The notes: a model not told the origin generated them from the sequence alone. A DNA stretch of 46,149 nucleotides, filler included, from Catajapyx aquilonaris (GCA_000934665.2; 2 parts of 2 records of this genome joined end to end with filler, not necessarily neighbours in it); one strand, 5' to 3'. Shown: positions 1-12,729, counted from the first letter of the whole stretch. Numbers and translations are program-made.

Positions 1-238
1 GTGCAGATATTAAATATCCAATTACATGTGTAAAACAGCGAAGAGTAGCTCTCTCGTCGCCATTTGCGGCCATTCTAATTTTGCCAGCACAATTACAGCG
101 CAATTTTTTGGTGGTGCGAGCACAATATTCCTTGAGGTTTGAGTCCTAAGTCATTGTGCGTATTTTTATTCAAAAATGGTAATATGTACAGATTACTACG
201 TTTTTAAGGTCTGGCTATTACAATTGGGACTGGATATA

Positions 239-873
239 CAGGCTGAATCCGATCTTCACCGACAGCCATGTACCAATGGCATAATGGGCACCAGGGGATC
301 AATTAATGTAGAGGAGTCATTATGTCTGGGCAGCCTCATTACTGAGATAATTGATCATTTGCGATTTAGCAATTGGGCCTAAGAGTGATTGTCACAGATT
401 GTCACAAATTGTCACAGATCACATGTGACATGCAGTACATAGGCACGCAAAAAGAATGTCCGGGGAGAGTCTTCGTTCAGCCTGGTGGAGGCAAACCATT
501 GCACCTGGGTAGCTGAGGGAGGAGGGAAAAAGCTCAGCAGATAAGCACGGACGTACACACAAGTGTGTGTGTACACATCTGAGCAATGGTTTGCCTCCAC
601 CAGGCTGAACGAAGACTCTCCCCGGACATTCTTTTTGCGTCCGATAGTACACATGCGATGTGCTAGTAGCCAAATGGAAAAGCTGCTATTTTCACGAGTG
701 ATGCGATGTCGGGGCTGAAGGTTTCCATACCTCCCAGGATACTTTGTACTACATGTTTGAAGGCAATTATCCCCGTAATGAGGCGGCCTAGACATGATGA
801 CTCCTCTACATGATCCCCTGGTGCCCATTATGCCATTGGTACATGGCTGTCGGTGGAGATCGGATTCACCCTG
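239..873. mobile_element. Tc1/mariner-type non-autonomous foldback element (MITE)
   Basis: TA|CAGGCTGAATCCGATC... at 237 and ...GATCGGATTCACCCTG|TA at 875. The inverted arms are about 110 bp, and there is a second internal inverted pair (about 445-502 vs 582-640). Confidence 0.85.
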
Positions 874-1469
874 TAGATGGCCCCGAGATGTCAAGGGGAG
901 CTGGTAAACGAAGACACCCCCCCACCCCCCCGGAACTGCATGCAACGGTGGAATGGTGGGGGTTATGAATGATCGCCTTTAGTTTTCTGGCCCCCCTTGC
1001 GATATGGATGCCATCTATATATCAGATCAAATTGTAATCGCTGGACCTTCAAAACTTAGCAGAGGTCATCTATGTATGTGTTACCGTTTTTGAATTAAAA
1101 AATACTCACCATGACTTTTGACTCGGCCCATGTAACTTCAAAGTCATTGGGTCAGAGGTGACTAAAACATAATAAAAACCATCCTTACGTCGCCTATGAC
1201 TATGATGAGAAAAAGGCGTTAGAATTTTTTTCTTCCCAGAATCCTAAATGTGTGCAGTACATGGTTAATATCTTCGTAAAACTGAAATTTTGGACCAAGG
1301 TCACCCTGTTTGACGGTACCTTTAGTTTATTGTGAGCTAGCATAATTATGGATTATACAGTTCTGAACTGCATTGCTTTGAACCACTTTTCTGGATATTG
1401 ATCATATGCAAAGAGGTCCAAAAACTGGCCTAGGCTAATAATGCAGGGTCATCAAAACAGACATCCTTT

Positions 1470-1827
1470 TTCTTTTTTAAAAAAGTTACCCCATTGGATA
1501 TAACGGAGCTCTATTAGGTGGGGTGGGGGGTGGGGGCAGGGGGGGTGGGGGTGAACCACCATAAATACCATTTTTCATAATTGTCTTCAGCACGAAAGGA
1601 CGAAGGACGAAAGGAGATGGGGTAGGGATGGGGATTTTTGCGGAGGGGTGCAGGTGCAATGTCGGTAAGCGGGTCATGTCCCAGGAGGTTAGGTTGCCAG
1701 ACAACTCCTTGGTGCAAGTCAGAGACCCTCCTGACGCAGGCAAAAGGGAGCTCCCAGGCAGGGATCAAACCTGGGACCTTTCACTCAGCAAGCTGAGACG
1801 TTACCATCTCGGCCACCACATCTCCCC
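1470..1827 (-). mobile_element. tRNA-derived SINE (family C)
   Basis: The minus-strand head GGGGAGATGTGGTGGCCGAGATGGTAA...GGTCCCAGGTTTGATCCC has Pol III A/B boxes. The 3' end ...CCTAATAGAGCTCCG...ATGGGGTAAC is followed by a T/A-rich run. It splits the left TIR of the host mariner relic. Confidence 0.7.
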
Positions 1828-2084
1828 AAATGTCCCTATTTTAAAACCCTATAACTCGAAGACTTGTAAACATATCTTTATGATTTAAGTTATGAAATGC
1901 TCAGAAATGTCGAAAGTTTTGGTCTCACCTTAGTTTGTTTCGATATGAGCTTCATTTGTTGCTCGGCATATTAAAAAGGCGGTAATTGGTGTCGTTCCAA
2001 ACCCGCGCAATCATATCTGGAGTTACTGTTGCAATCCTATACTGTAGGTGCTGGATATGATGGGTCTTTACACCATACACATTA

Positions 2085-2570
2085 GGGTCATTCCCACGTG
2101 CCACAGGGATCATGATCCTTACCCCCGAAAATCGTGATTGGGGTGTTCCCACATGCCCTTCCTCCACCCGAACGCGTTTACGAAGGTGACTGTGGCAGCC
2201 AGCTTGTAGAAGTTGACTGCCACCTTATGAGTCGCGATCCTGACGTCACTCCCCCCTCCGGACCGGGCAACATGGCGGCTCCCTGCTTGGCCCCGTCTGC
2301 CCACGTGTCTGCCCCCTCGCTCTGCGGGCAGCCAGGACCTGCGTAATAACGTAGATAGCATGCCTCCATGCTATTACAGCCAGGCCTATCGTAGAGTCAC
2401 CCGTGCCTTTGTCCGGGAGCCGAAGCGAGAGTCATTTTTTCGCCAGGCGGGTGGGCGTGGTTACAGACCACTCCACCGAAAATCACGAAAAGTACGTGGC
2501 CCGTGGAAACAGTCACCAAACGATCCTGATCACATCCTGATTTTGCCAGTCAGAAACGTGGGAATGACCC
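2085..2570. mobile_element. MITE with GGGTCATTCCCACGT TIRs
   Basis: TAGGGTCATTCCCACGT (2083-2099) and its exact reverse complement (2556-2572) bound a GC-rich interior. Superfamily not assigned. Confidence 0.75.
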
Positions 2571-3921
2571 TATAGTTCTTGATGATGCACATAAAAAGTC
2601 TCCTCATCCACTAAACAAACCTGCTGTAGGAAAGTTTCATTTGTTCAGCCTCTCAGTGTGTGACGTCTTGAATGAGAAGTTTTCCAATACCTAGCCCCCC
2701 CTCCCCCCAGAAGCCCAGGTCTTATCCCGATGGACTTTTTTGTGGAGATACAGGGATGGTGAAAAGATCTGGTATCTCCAGAACCTACCAGATAGGATCA
2801 CAATGGTAATGCCAGACATGTCTGAGGGTGTTAGGTACAACACCGATTACCTTATTTACATTTGCAGAGTGACAAATGGAGCTCATATTGAAACAAAGGA
2901 TGGTAAGACCAAAACTTTATACATTTCTTAGCATTTTAAAACTTAAATTATCAAGATACGTCTACAAGTTTTCGAGTTATCCGGGGCTGAAAGTGGGCCA
3001 TTATTTTCCGTAAAAGTCATTATTTATTGGCCAAGTCATTAAAATTCATTAATATTGAGAAGAGGTCATTTAAGTCATTAAATTTTGAAGATCCTGAGAA
3101 GTGAACTTCTATTGTACAGCAAAGAATGATAACTTGTCTATTTTTTGAAACTAAATAACACGATATTTGTCCAGGGGAATTCATGGCTGTTTCTATATTT
3201 TTTATGATCCGTAGGTCACGCGTAACTCATAATAACTATTCATTTTGTCTGAAATTTGTTCTTGATTCAGGGCAGTCACAAATCCAAATTCCTCGAGATC
3301 AAGTGGACAGGAAATGTTGCTATACCAGCTCTGAATTTGGTGATGAAAATCACCGCTGTACACACCTAATAATACCATAACCCTGCATATCCAGTTTTAT
3401 CCATATTGCCCAATACAGTGGAAAGGGTAAAAATCGACAAAATTTGGAAAGGGCTAAAAATGAGGCCTTCTTTGCATATTTATTTTTGGTGAGTGGAAGT
3501 GGTCAAACTCCAATAAACACATAAAAGGAAAGAGGAAGACGAGCAGGATGCGCCTAAGGAATTAGTTTTGCTCTAAAGTATGACCAGAATAATATGTGTG
3601 GCATTCCATATGCCACATGTCCAAGAATTTGGGTCCTTGAAAATTAATGGTACATCTGCGAAACATCTCTAATATTTTCTCACGAGACATGCATGAACCG
3701 GGCTTCAAACTGAACATGCGTGGGTCGCAACCCTTGTCACCAAATATGACTGCTGTTATTCAAATACACTCCATCACTAATATTGTTGGGGTCAAAATTC
3801 TTGGACATGTGACTGAGCAAGTGACCAATGAAATGCCACACCCGTTTTCTGGTAACATATTTGATGAGGAAAACTAATTTCATAGCCGCTTTCTCCTCGT
3901 GCTTATCTTTCATTTGATATA

Positions 3922-4332
3922 CAGGGTGTTCCGGGTTCATGGGTCACTTTTTGATGACTGATATCGATTTCGAGGGATTTCGTTTTTTTTGCCTGCCCCG
4001 AGGTCAAAAACCAATTTCAGACAAAATGAGGGGTCGTTATGAGTTGCAGTGACCTACGGAACATAGAAATAGGGATAAATTTCCATGGACAGAAAATAGG
4101 GTGATTTTTGTTGCATAGTGTAAATCTTGACAGCATGACTGAAAAGAGGATAAGGGCTGGTCCAACCTTTCAGGTCCTGCAGCCTGCTGGCTTAATGCAT
4201 GATGTACCACCATACTTTGGAAAAACACATTTTCTTAGGTTGTTTTTGGCGAAGTGTTAATCCCAAGCCATTATCTGGTCAAATTTTGGTTATAGGGTTT
4301 GAAATTAGGGACATTCTTTTTCGATTACCCTG
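3922..4332. mobile_element. Tc1/mariner-type MITE
   Basis: TA|CAGGGTG... and ...TTACCCTG|TA termini, with imperfect TIRs. Confidence 0.55.
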
Positions 4333-7080
4333 TACAGCTTGGGATCTTAAAGCACTTATTTCTTGAGTAACATTTAGGGAATGTAACTTAGTTTTTGGTT
4401 CCACATAATTCAGCCATTGATGCTGAACATTAGGTTAATAAGTGAAATTGGACAGTGAAAAATTGGCTGGCTTGTGGTCTTGCCTCCTTTAAAAATCCAT
4501 TTATACGTCCATACATTCGTAAACTGATGAATAAAAGCTCACAAAGAGATACGGTAACAAATGACTTGCCATGAGGCAGTCTACAGGAAGTTGCGGGAAG
4601 TTGGCTCTGATGAGGTTTTACCTCAGACAAAAAGCACACCATGCTCCGGTCAGGCTGCTCATATATGCAAGCAACACTCAATCTCATTGGGGGTGAGAAT
4701 GAGAGAGGGAAGGAAGGGATGGATTGCATGCTGCCCATTTTAAAGTGAGATTTATTCATTTGGTTAAGCTTATGTATAGTCTGACCAGCAGCAGTTGCCT
4801 TATACAATTAACTCTGGATATGAGAGACTTCAAAGGAACACACAAATCAGAATCCTATAATTGAGGTTTCCTGTATCCAAATACACAGACCATATTTGGA
4901 AGTATGCCAGAACCAGCCTTCCAAGGTGGTTGTAGCCAAGGTTCTTAAATCTGGAGTCAGCTGTAATAATAATAATAGTCACACTTCCTATTCCAAACCA
5001 AAGTATCATGTCCTCAAAACCAAGCAGATTTTCTATGTGATGGACGAACAGCATGCCCATGTTTAATGCAGGCCCACATCATGAACCCTGTATACAGGGT
5101 GTTTCAGAGTCACGGGTCAAGCGTCTGAAACGTTCAAAGTTAGGAGCGTTTGAATTACGAGGTTCCACTGTATTATGATGTATTATCATCTCACAATTTC
5201 CTTATACACTAACACAGTCAATAAAAATTGACCCCAGCTCAATTTTATGTCATGTGTGAGGAATTTGAATTGTTCCTGGTTGAAATATGATGTTCAAAAT
5301 TACAATTTTCTTTTCATTACACATCGCTTGTTGTTGTGAAAGTTGTTTTTCTATGAACCTATGAAGAGTACAGATATATTGAACATTTGGGCCATCACTC
5401 TACAAAGTAAAATGCTTGTATCTAGAACTACTTGGAGGGTTCATGCCATTCTGGGCAACTGTCATTGCTATAGGCTGTTTTCAATGACGTGAAGTCTTTA
5501 ACAGAATGCATCAGCACAGAGCATTCATGTGAAATACTTCCCTACCCTAGTTGACAGATATGAGAAGAAATATAATGTTTTCCTAATAACATGGGTGAAA
5601 GCTCTTGCATTGTCATTGGAAGTGTCAATACACAGAGAGTAGGTGCAAGTGTAGTGCAGGATAAAAGCTTATGACTTATTGCTTAGGATGGGTATGCTTA
5701 GATATGCATGAATTAGTGCTGATGTTTTTAAAAATCATCCTCATCATTATTGATAATCATGCTACTATTTGTTTTGTGCCATACGATGCTGAAAATGGGT
5801 AATTCTGAATCTCCTGCTTGTACTTGCTGGGAAGAATTACAGCAATCTGAGCAGGTTGTTTTGGACAGTGCAAGTGTATGCAGTACAAGTTGTTCAGTGG
5901 TATATAGTGCGCGAGTGCCTCACTGCTCTTGTACAAGCTCTTGTTTCAAGTGCTGGAAATGAACTTGTACAGATGGACATACTCATATACTAACCATTTG
6001 TTTTACATGTTGGAAGTTGCAGTGGTCTCTTACATGAATAACAGAATGAATTTTGGTCACTCAAGTGAATGAATGGACAGCAGTGACTAATGGTTGGATT
6101 TGGAAAGTTACAATTTTTTACTGTTATACTCCAGTTGGACAGAAGGTGACTTTGCAATGCTTTCTGTCTGTGTGGAGAACTGTTAGTTGTTTCTCTTTGT
6201 TCTATACACGTGAGTTTTTGCTCATTTGCACAGTAGGAGAACCAGCACAAGGGTAGCAATGACATTCTGCAGAATTGACATCAGGTGGGCTAGTTAATGC
6301 TTTGCTGATGGATACATGTGACCAAATGAGTGAACCTGTCATGAGTATGCCTCAGCAGTGCTGCCACTTGACTCAAACTTGGCTATGCATTTTAAGGGCC
6401 CACTGAAGCCTTTGGAATGGTGCAATACCTTGTGGTTGCAAGCCAAAATGCTGAACATGCTGGCTTGTCAACACCACTTTAGATGTATTTTGTGATGCTG
6501 ATATGGGTGAACCAGAATAAGCAGCTTGAAACTGATGGAATTGGTAAATCTGGGGCCAACATTACAGAGGTGAAGTTCTTGTGTCACACTCAAATTTTCA
6601 AGGCCTGAGAAAAATGAGGCAAATCTTTTCTTATCAGAGGTGCCAGCATCCATGGAAAAAAACATGACATGCTGAAATATGTCTGATATGATAATTTGTA
6701 ACGCTTTCCAGTATTCAATTCTTCCCTTCTGATTTGTGTTTGAAGCTGTAGAAGCCCTTCTTCCTCCCTTGTTGTGACACATTACCTGCTCCAACTTCAC
6801 CAACATGTTACTGGGTTGTGATTTACCTAGCATGCCATTTTCATGAAAATCTGTGAGTTACTACGTATATATCTTTTGGGCCTCCTCTTGGGTATTTCTA
6901 CAGTTAAATCTGTGGATATGTCTGGAGTACAGAGCGTGTTCAAAAAGGTGAAGAAATTGACTACCTATCTGAATATTCACAGGCAAGTACTGTAGTTCCA
7001 AGCCACCATGCAATTTTTATTTAATAGCAGAGGGATTTCTTCAGTGTCAAATGGTATGAGAAAGATCACACCTGTAGTTT

Positions 7081-7369
7081 TTTTGTTGTTGTTGTTGTTA
7101 CCCCATGATAGGGCTCGAGGCCCTCTTGGGGGGGAAGGGGAAGTTCCCAAGGGAGGGAACCGTGCGATAGCTATTTCTGACTTTCTGAAATACACCAGGC
7201 CTTTTCTCCTGGCCCTGGGCAGAGTAGGGAGTCCAATTCTGCCCCGGAATGTCGGGTGAAAAGCGGAAAAAGACCCAGCCAAGCAGAGGTGACGGGGACG
7301 GGATTTGAACCCCGGCCTCCCCCTTGGCTGGCCAGTAGCGTAACAACTAGACCACCATGCCGCCCCTAA
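7081..7369 (-). mobile_element. tRNA-derived SINE (family B), copy 1
   Basis: Head GGGGCGGCATGGTGGTCTAGTTG...GGGTTCAAATCCC and (AAC)n/A tail. TSD ATCAC(A/C)CCTGTAGTTT at 7065-7080 and 7370-7385. Closely similar to 7883-8164. Confidence 0.9.
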
Positions 7370-7702
7370 ATCACCCCTGTAGTTTACTCATTGATCTGAC
7401 AGCAATGCACACCTGTTGTTTTGTAGGGAAAATTGAACTCATAAAATGTTCGTCTTCAAGTATTGAGAGAAAGAAATTTCTTCAAGCCACAAGGGTCTAA
7501 GTGCATGATCAATAGTAAATTAAGAACAAGTGATTAATCATATGTAAAAATAACATGGCTTAACCACTGGTTCTGGATATACTGTCAATCATGAACTGGC
7601 CTGAAAGAAATACATGTTATTGGCCTGGCCAGAGTGGGAGGTGCACACTTATTTTTCTCTGGGATAACATACAATATATTACATTCACCATGCTGATGCA
7701 AT

Positions 7703-8236
7703 TGAAGGGCTCTCTGCAATATGTAGGTATGTGCACTTAGGACTTTTTTCTTGAGTTTGAGAGCGAAAAGCCTATAAAACAGGCAAGTCCACATTGTCCA
7801 CATTGCAGAGAACCTTTACCTGAAAGGGTTCTCTGCAATAACCAGGTATGTGGACTTATCTGGTTTATAGGGTTTTCACTTTTTTTTTGTTTTTATGTTA
7901 CCCCGTGATAGAGCTCGTGGCCCTCTTAGGGGGGAAGGGGAAGTTCCCAAGGGAGGGCGCCGTGTGATAGCCATTTCTGACATTCTTTAACACCAGGCCT
8001 TTTCTCCTGGCCCCGAGCAGAGAAGGGAGTGCAATTCTGCTCCGGCATGTCTGGAGAAAAGCGGAAAAAGACCCGGCCAAGTAGAGGTGACGGGGACGGG
8101 ATTTGAACCCCGGCCTCCCGCTTGGCTGGCCAGCGGCGTAACCGATAGACCACCATGCCGCCCCTAGGCTTTTCACTTTAAAACTCTGGAAAAAAGTCCT
8201 AAGTGCACATACCTACTTATTGCAGAGAGCCCTTCA
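7703..8236. mobile_element. Palindromic foldback MITE interrupted by a SINE
   Basis: TGAAGGGCTCTCTGCAATATGTAGGTATGTGCACTTAGGACTTTTTTC is mirrored at about 8189-8236. A central TGCAGAGAACC...GGTTCTCTGCA hairpin lies at about 7804-7837. Confidence 0.8.
7883..8164 (-). mobile_element. tRNA-derived SINE (family B), copy 2
   Basis: Same head, body and tail as 7081-7369. TSD TAGG(G/C)TTTTCACTTT at 7868-7882 and 8165-8179. Confidence 0.9.
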
Positions 8237-8434
8237 TTTGTTTCTCTTGCATCAGAGTTTTATCCAGGGATAGAACTATACTCATTGGTTAATATTCTCA
8301 TGTGTAGATTAATTTATGCTCCATCAAAATAACTTTTTGCTACATTCTTGGCCTTGCATATTGCTTCAGGTTGTTCATAAAGCAGTGTTAAACAGCCTCC
8401 CTAATTCACTGCATAGGTTTTGCTTGGAAAAATA

Positions 8435-9186
8435 CGAGGACGAATCAGAAAGTAACCGAAGACTTTTTAAATTCGGAAGTTTCACTAGGGTTACTGAAAC
8501 TGAGATATACATATGAAAGGGAAAGTCTTTCTCTAATTTTAGACATAGTCACCATGCACTTTGGTGCCCTTGTCACAGAGGGGCACTAGTTTTATTTTCC
8601 ATACCCCTGCAGAAAAAAGGGTCAGGCTGGGTGGGAAGCCAGTGGCGGGTGACCTCTTCCACTTCCTCGATGTCACTGACATTCTGACCTGCCAGGTGCT
8701 TTTTCATTTCTCCAAAGAGATGGTAGACCATGGTTAAAACCATTTCTTTGGACCAATGAAGAAGCACCTGGCAGGTAAGAACTTCAGCGTGGGTGGGAAG
8801 CCAGTGGGGGATGGCCTCTTCTCTTCCTCGATGTCGCTGAGGTCTTGAGAAGCTAGTGCTTCTTCATTGGTACAAATAGATGGTTTCAACCATGGTCTAC
8901 CATCTCTTTGGATCAATGAAGAAGCACCTGGCAGGTCATAACTTCAGCGCCATTGAGGAAGTGAAATAGGCCATCCCCCACTAGCTTTCCACCCCAGCCT
9001 GACACGTTTTTCTGCAGTGGCATGGAAAAACTAGTGTCCTGCTGGGACAAATGTACCAAAGTGTATGGTGACTATGTCTAAAATTAGAGGAAGACTTGCC
9101 CTTTCATATGTATATCTCAATTTCAGTTTCTCTAGTGAATCTTCTGAATTAAAAAAAGTTTTCAATTACTTTCTGATTCGCCCTCG
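8435..9186. mobile_element. Mariner-derived palindromic non-autonomous element
   Basis: TA|CGAGGACGAATCAGAAAGTAA ... TTACTTTCTGATTCGCCCTCG|TA. Both arms carry the mariner transposase C-terminus (YHLFG-MKKHLAG...EEV...W...FF--GM). Confidence 0.9.
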
Positions 9187-9294
9187 TATGGAGCCATTAT
9201 GTTGTTGCTATTGATGAACAGCCCTACAACCATTGTCTTTCCAACAAATCATGTCACCAATGGAAAGGTATGGGCAGCGGTGATGTTTTGCTAA

Positions 9295-9519
9295 GGGGCT
9301 GTATACACATATTACATCATCACATTTTCGGCATTTTTGACCCCCCCCCCCCCCCATCCCCGCNNNNNNNNNNNNNNNNNNNNNNNNNNNNNNNNCCCGG
9401 TTTTTGGTTGGTTTATTCATCCAACTTGGCCCCCCCCCCCTCCCCCTCTCGTCATCTTTGGTAATCAGGTAGCAAACCCCCTCCCCCCTTCGATGATGAC
9501 GTAATATGCGTACAGCCCC
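9295..9519. mobile_element. PIF/Harbinger-like MITE
   Basis: TAA|GGGGCTGTATACACATATTACATCATC ... GATGACGTAATATGCGTACAGCCCC|TAA, giving a 3-bp TAA TSD. Contains an N gap. Confidence 0.75.
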
Positions 9520-9525
9520 TAAGAT

Positions 9526-11804
9526 GGGTCTGAAGACATAATACCGACAGACTAAATTTCCGACAGCTTTATTACCTAATACATACTTCCCCGACACCTC
9601 CTTAATACCTACAGACACTTACGTCTACTACCCATTTTCACCTTTGAACCTTTATTACAACATCGCACATATACAACTTGGTCTTATTCATTATACATCT
9701 GCAATACCTACTTTCTCTATTGTTCGACAACACTATATAATCCCTATTTATACTTTTCCCCTTCTCCTCACTACTTCCTCCAATAACATTTCCTTACATC
9801 TTTCCTTCACTCCCTCTTTTTCTTATTCACATCTTCGTGTTATATGCCATAGCCGTCAAAAATTCTTCTACAGTCATTTCATCTCGATTTTCAATTACAT
9901 GGTTTATACGCCTCTCCTTCTTTACTTCCCTTAGCTTTCCCTTAGACCTTGGTTCCCCTTTCATTATTTGCTCCATTTCATTGCCCACACTCTTCTGTTC
10001 CTTCTTTATTTCCTCCAAAAAGTAGTACAACCCCACATGATCACCTCCCACCAAAATCTCCCAGCGCCTATGCCATCCCTCCACCTTGTTAGAGGTCCGA
10101 GGTATGTTTCCTAGTCCATGCACACTCCATACACTGGGGGGAAATAACGGTCCTGACCGATTTTCAGCCCCTTTACGAGCCCTATTCCTGGGCCTACCAA
10201 TGACGTATGTGTCTTCAAAATACTTCAATTATCCGTTTGCCTCTTCGGGAAATTTTTGTTTCAAATCTCGAAATGCATCCGGATTTTCTGAAGGTGACAA
10301 ATATGCCAGTGCGACCAACTGTCGCACTATGTGACTAAACTCTTCGTCACTGCCATACTTATTTTGTAACCCTTCCCCTTGCACTTTCCTCCAAATGTTT
10401 TGGCCTAAATGAAACAAACATCCATGACTCCTACTCCTTGGATATTCCTGCTTTATGGCCGCCATAGCCCCCATCTCAAAATCAGTAATTATAATTTCAG
10501 GCGTCAGTTCTATTTCATTTTCCTCCGCAAAATCATTTAACTCTTGAAATAATCGGACATAGCACTCTTTCGATTTTGCTGTGGTCAAACAATACACCAG
10601 TGGCAGAACTCGCGAATTTGAGTCCGCACCGACTTCGGCATGTATAGAATATAGTTGTTTAAATATAGTAGGTAAAGTTTTAAATGTCCCATCCATAATC
10701 CAAAATCTCGCCTGACTCAATTTCCTTACATTTTGGACGGTTGTGTATATCAATATTTTTCCTTCCCCAACTCCCACTTCCTGGATCAAAAATTGTTCCC
10801 CGTCGAATGTAACCTTCAGTTCCTCGGGAATATTGATTTGTTCTACACTTCCAGGCTCCTCCACCTTCCCGCCTCTCCTAGCCCTTTGGACCAGTTTTCT
10901 CATGGCTTCCTTTCCCGGCATAGCCGCAGCACTTATTTTCGACATCGTCACCAGAGACCTCGGCACTACCAGTGACGGCTTATCATTGCTCTTCTTCGCC
11001 TCTTCCTTCATTTCGGCCAACTTCTCGGCTACTATCCTACGCGTTGGGTCCGGAGCATGACTGTGATCTCGATTCGTCTCACGCAATTTATGTTCTCCTT
11101 CCACTAATACCGTTTGCGCCGTTGCCACACATTTCATTTCCGTCCTCTTCTGATCGCAACTCCAATATGATACGTCTTTACGAGATCTTTCCTTCACATA
11201 TAAATAACCGTTGACTTCCAGTTTCATTTTACCCTTCTGTGACGGTACCATTCGTACTTTGCCATCTTCCATCCTAAAAATCAAATTTCTCTTTACCTTT
11301 TTTGAAACACTTATATAAAGTTCCTATCTTACCTTGTTTCTAGTAAATACTTCACATATGTGTATCCCAATCACTGCACCTCTCTCCGTCTTTCCTTTTT
11401 CACGACTGACACCTTTTTCTCCTCCGCAATCAGCTAACCCTACTCCTGTACCCTTTTTTTCTATTTACTTGGTACAATTTTTCCCCATATCATCCCGTCA
11501 TTCGAACGGGTAGCCTTCATATCGTTATATGCGCCTTAATCCGTCTTGTACTACTTTGTCTTTCAATTTTTATTTCGTAATTCCATAACTTTCGATATTA
11601 CTTTCATTAGTTATTTTTCCCTTGTCGGTATATTTTTTTTCAATATTTCTGCTTCATAGGTCATATTTTTAGTAGGTCTTTCCCTCCTGTCAGTATTCTC
11701 AATTTCGGTATTTTCCTGGTGCCGGTATTTTGGTCTTTCCGCTTTTTTTCCGTCGGTATTTTATCCCGTCCGTATTGTTTCCATAGGTATTGGAAGCGGG
11801 ACCG
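9526..11804 (-). mobile_element. Mutator-like (MULE) DNA transposon, full length
   Basis: Perfect 9-bp TSD CCCTAAGAT at 9517-9525 and 11805-11813. GGGTC/GACCG termini with degenerate ATACCGAC-like subterminal repeats. Internal transposase ORF. Confidence 0.9.
9827..11284 (-). pseudogene. FLYWCH + MULE DDE transposase with one in-frame stop
   Basis: N-terminal FLYWCH-like domain (GYLY...YWSC...C...HSH) and MULE motifs (WIMDGTFKT, QLYSIH, PLVYCL, IITDFE, GCLFHLGQNIWRK, PRTSNKVEGWH). ORFs 10229-11284 and 9827-10228 are in the same frame, separated by one TAA at 10229-10231. Confidence 0.9.
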
Positions 11805-12009
11805 CCCTAAGATTAGGATTTATGTACTGCTGTACTGGTTGTGTACTCATGTCCTGTGATTTTTTCTTTCTTTCACATGTTATTTGGTAGTCAATATTTT
11901 CTGATTCAGTTGTTCATGATTATTAGGACTACAAGAAAAAGTCAGTATGCAAGTGTGTCATCCTTTTCTTTCTTATGCAAATGCAAAATTGCTCTTACAA
12001 GTGAACATT

Positions 12010-12729
12010 GCGACGTGATAATAACAGATTTGGCCAAAAATCTCTCAGTAGGTAAATAACATGCATGCTTTTCACTGGTGAGCGTAAAAAGACCAGCTTC
12101 TCAGCCATTTTAGAGGTAGGAGTGATGACAAATTTGGCGTGATCAAGAGCACATCCACACAATCGCACAACCCACATGAGATAACGGAAAACGGGTTTCA
12201 GCTTAGGATTTAGTGTGACCAAAATAGGTTTCATGGCCAACTTCCGGTGACCGGCTACTTCCGGTAGTTCCAGTTTACTCTATCCAAGCAAGTCTGCTTC
12301 ACAGGTGGGTTACCATACGATTTAGATATTAGTTTCTTTGGATTCGTGACCAAGTGTCTCGGGGATTTGCCCAAATTTACCTGGCACTTTGACACAGGAG
12401 CTGTGGAATTAATTCTTGAAGTTTCACCTGATTGCGATGCATGAGCTCGGCCGCCATGATGTTATCACCCAGGCATTTGCATTCAATTCAAAATCTTCTT
12501 GACTAGAAAAAAAGGGGAGGGGGAAGGGGACAAAAAAATAGCATGCGGGACTTTTGCATTGGTTTACGAGGTGGATATCTAGCTCTAAACTGTATTGAGA
12601 CTGCCAGGTCTGTTGTCACTCATATCTCTAAATTGGCTGCGAAGTGGGTCTATTTATGTTCACCAGTGAATTCTATGTATGTGATTTACCCACTGAACAA
12701 TATTTGGCCAAATCTGTTATCACGTCGCG
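12010..12729. mobile_element. Old foldback DNA element with inverted arms of about 125 bp
   Basis: GCGACGTGATAATAACAGATTTGGCCAAA... (12010-12138) is mirrored by ...TTTGGCCAAATCTGTTATCACGTCGC (about 12603-12729). Confidence 0.7.

Larger units (their letters stand above)
1444..3000. mobile_element. Decayed Tc1/mariner element made of two inverted transposase 3' ends, interrupted by a SINE and a MITE
   Basis: About 1850-2070 is the reverse complement of about 2775-2980. Both arms encode the transposase C-terminus (IATVTPDMIARVWNDTNYRL; CRVTNGAHIE). A PPRSP-L-PMDFF-W relic of WPPRSPDLTP-DFFLW lies at about 2700-2750. The left TIR (CAGGGT at 1444, continuing AATGTCCCTATTTTAAAACCCTATAAC at about 1829) resembles the TIR at 4290-4334. 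Confidence 0.7.

Noticed and set aside
4600..4635. Hammerhead-like CTGATGA followed by a small hairpin
   Set aside because: No GAAA after stem II and no stems I/III.
4830..5060. RT-like fragments (LLGFEDMILW, FKNLG); similar hints at about 14650-14900
   Set aside because: Too degenerate to call without a profile search; at most ancient LINE debris.
7290..7369. tRNA genes at SINE heads (also about 1760-1827, 8090-8164, 16845-16918, 21435-21506, 35536-35610)
   Set aside because: A/B boxes are present but continue into SINE bodies with tails and, in most cases, TSDs; no clean cloverleaf.
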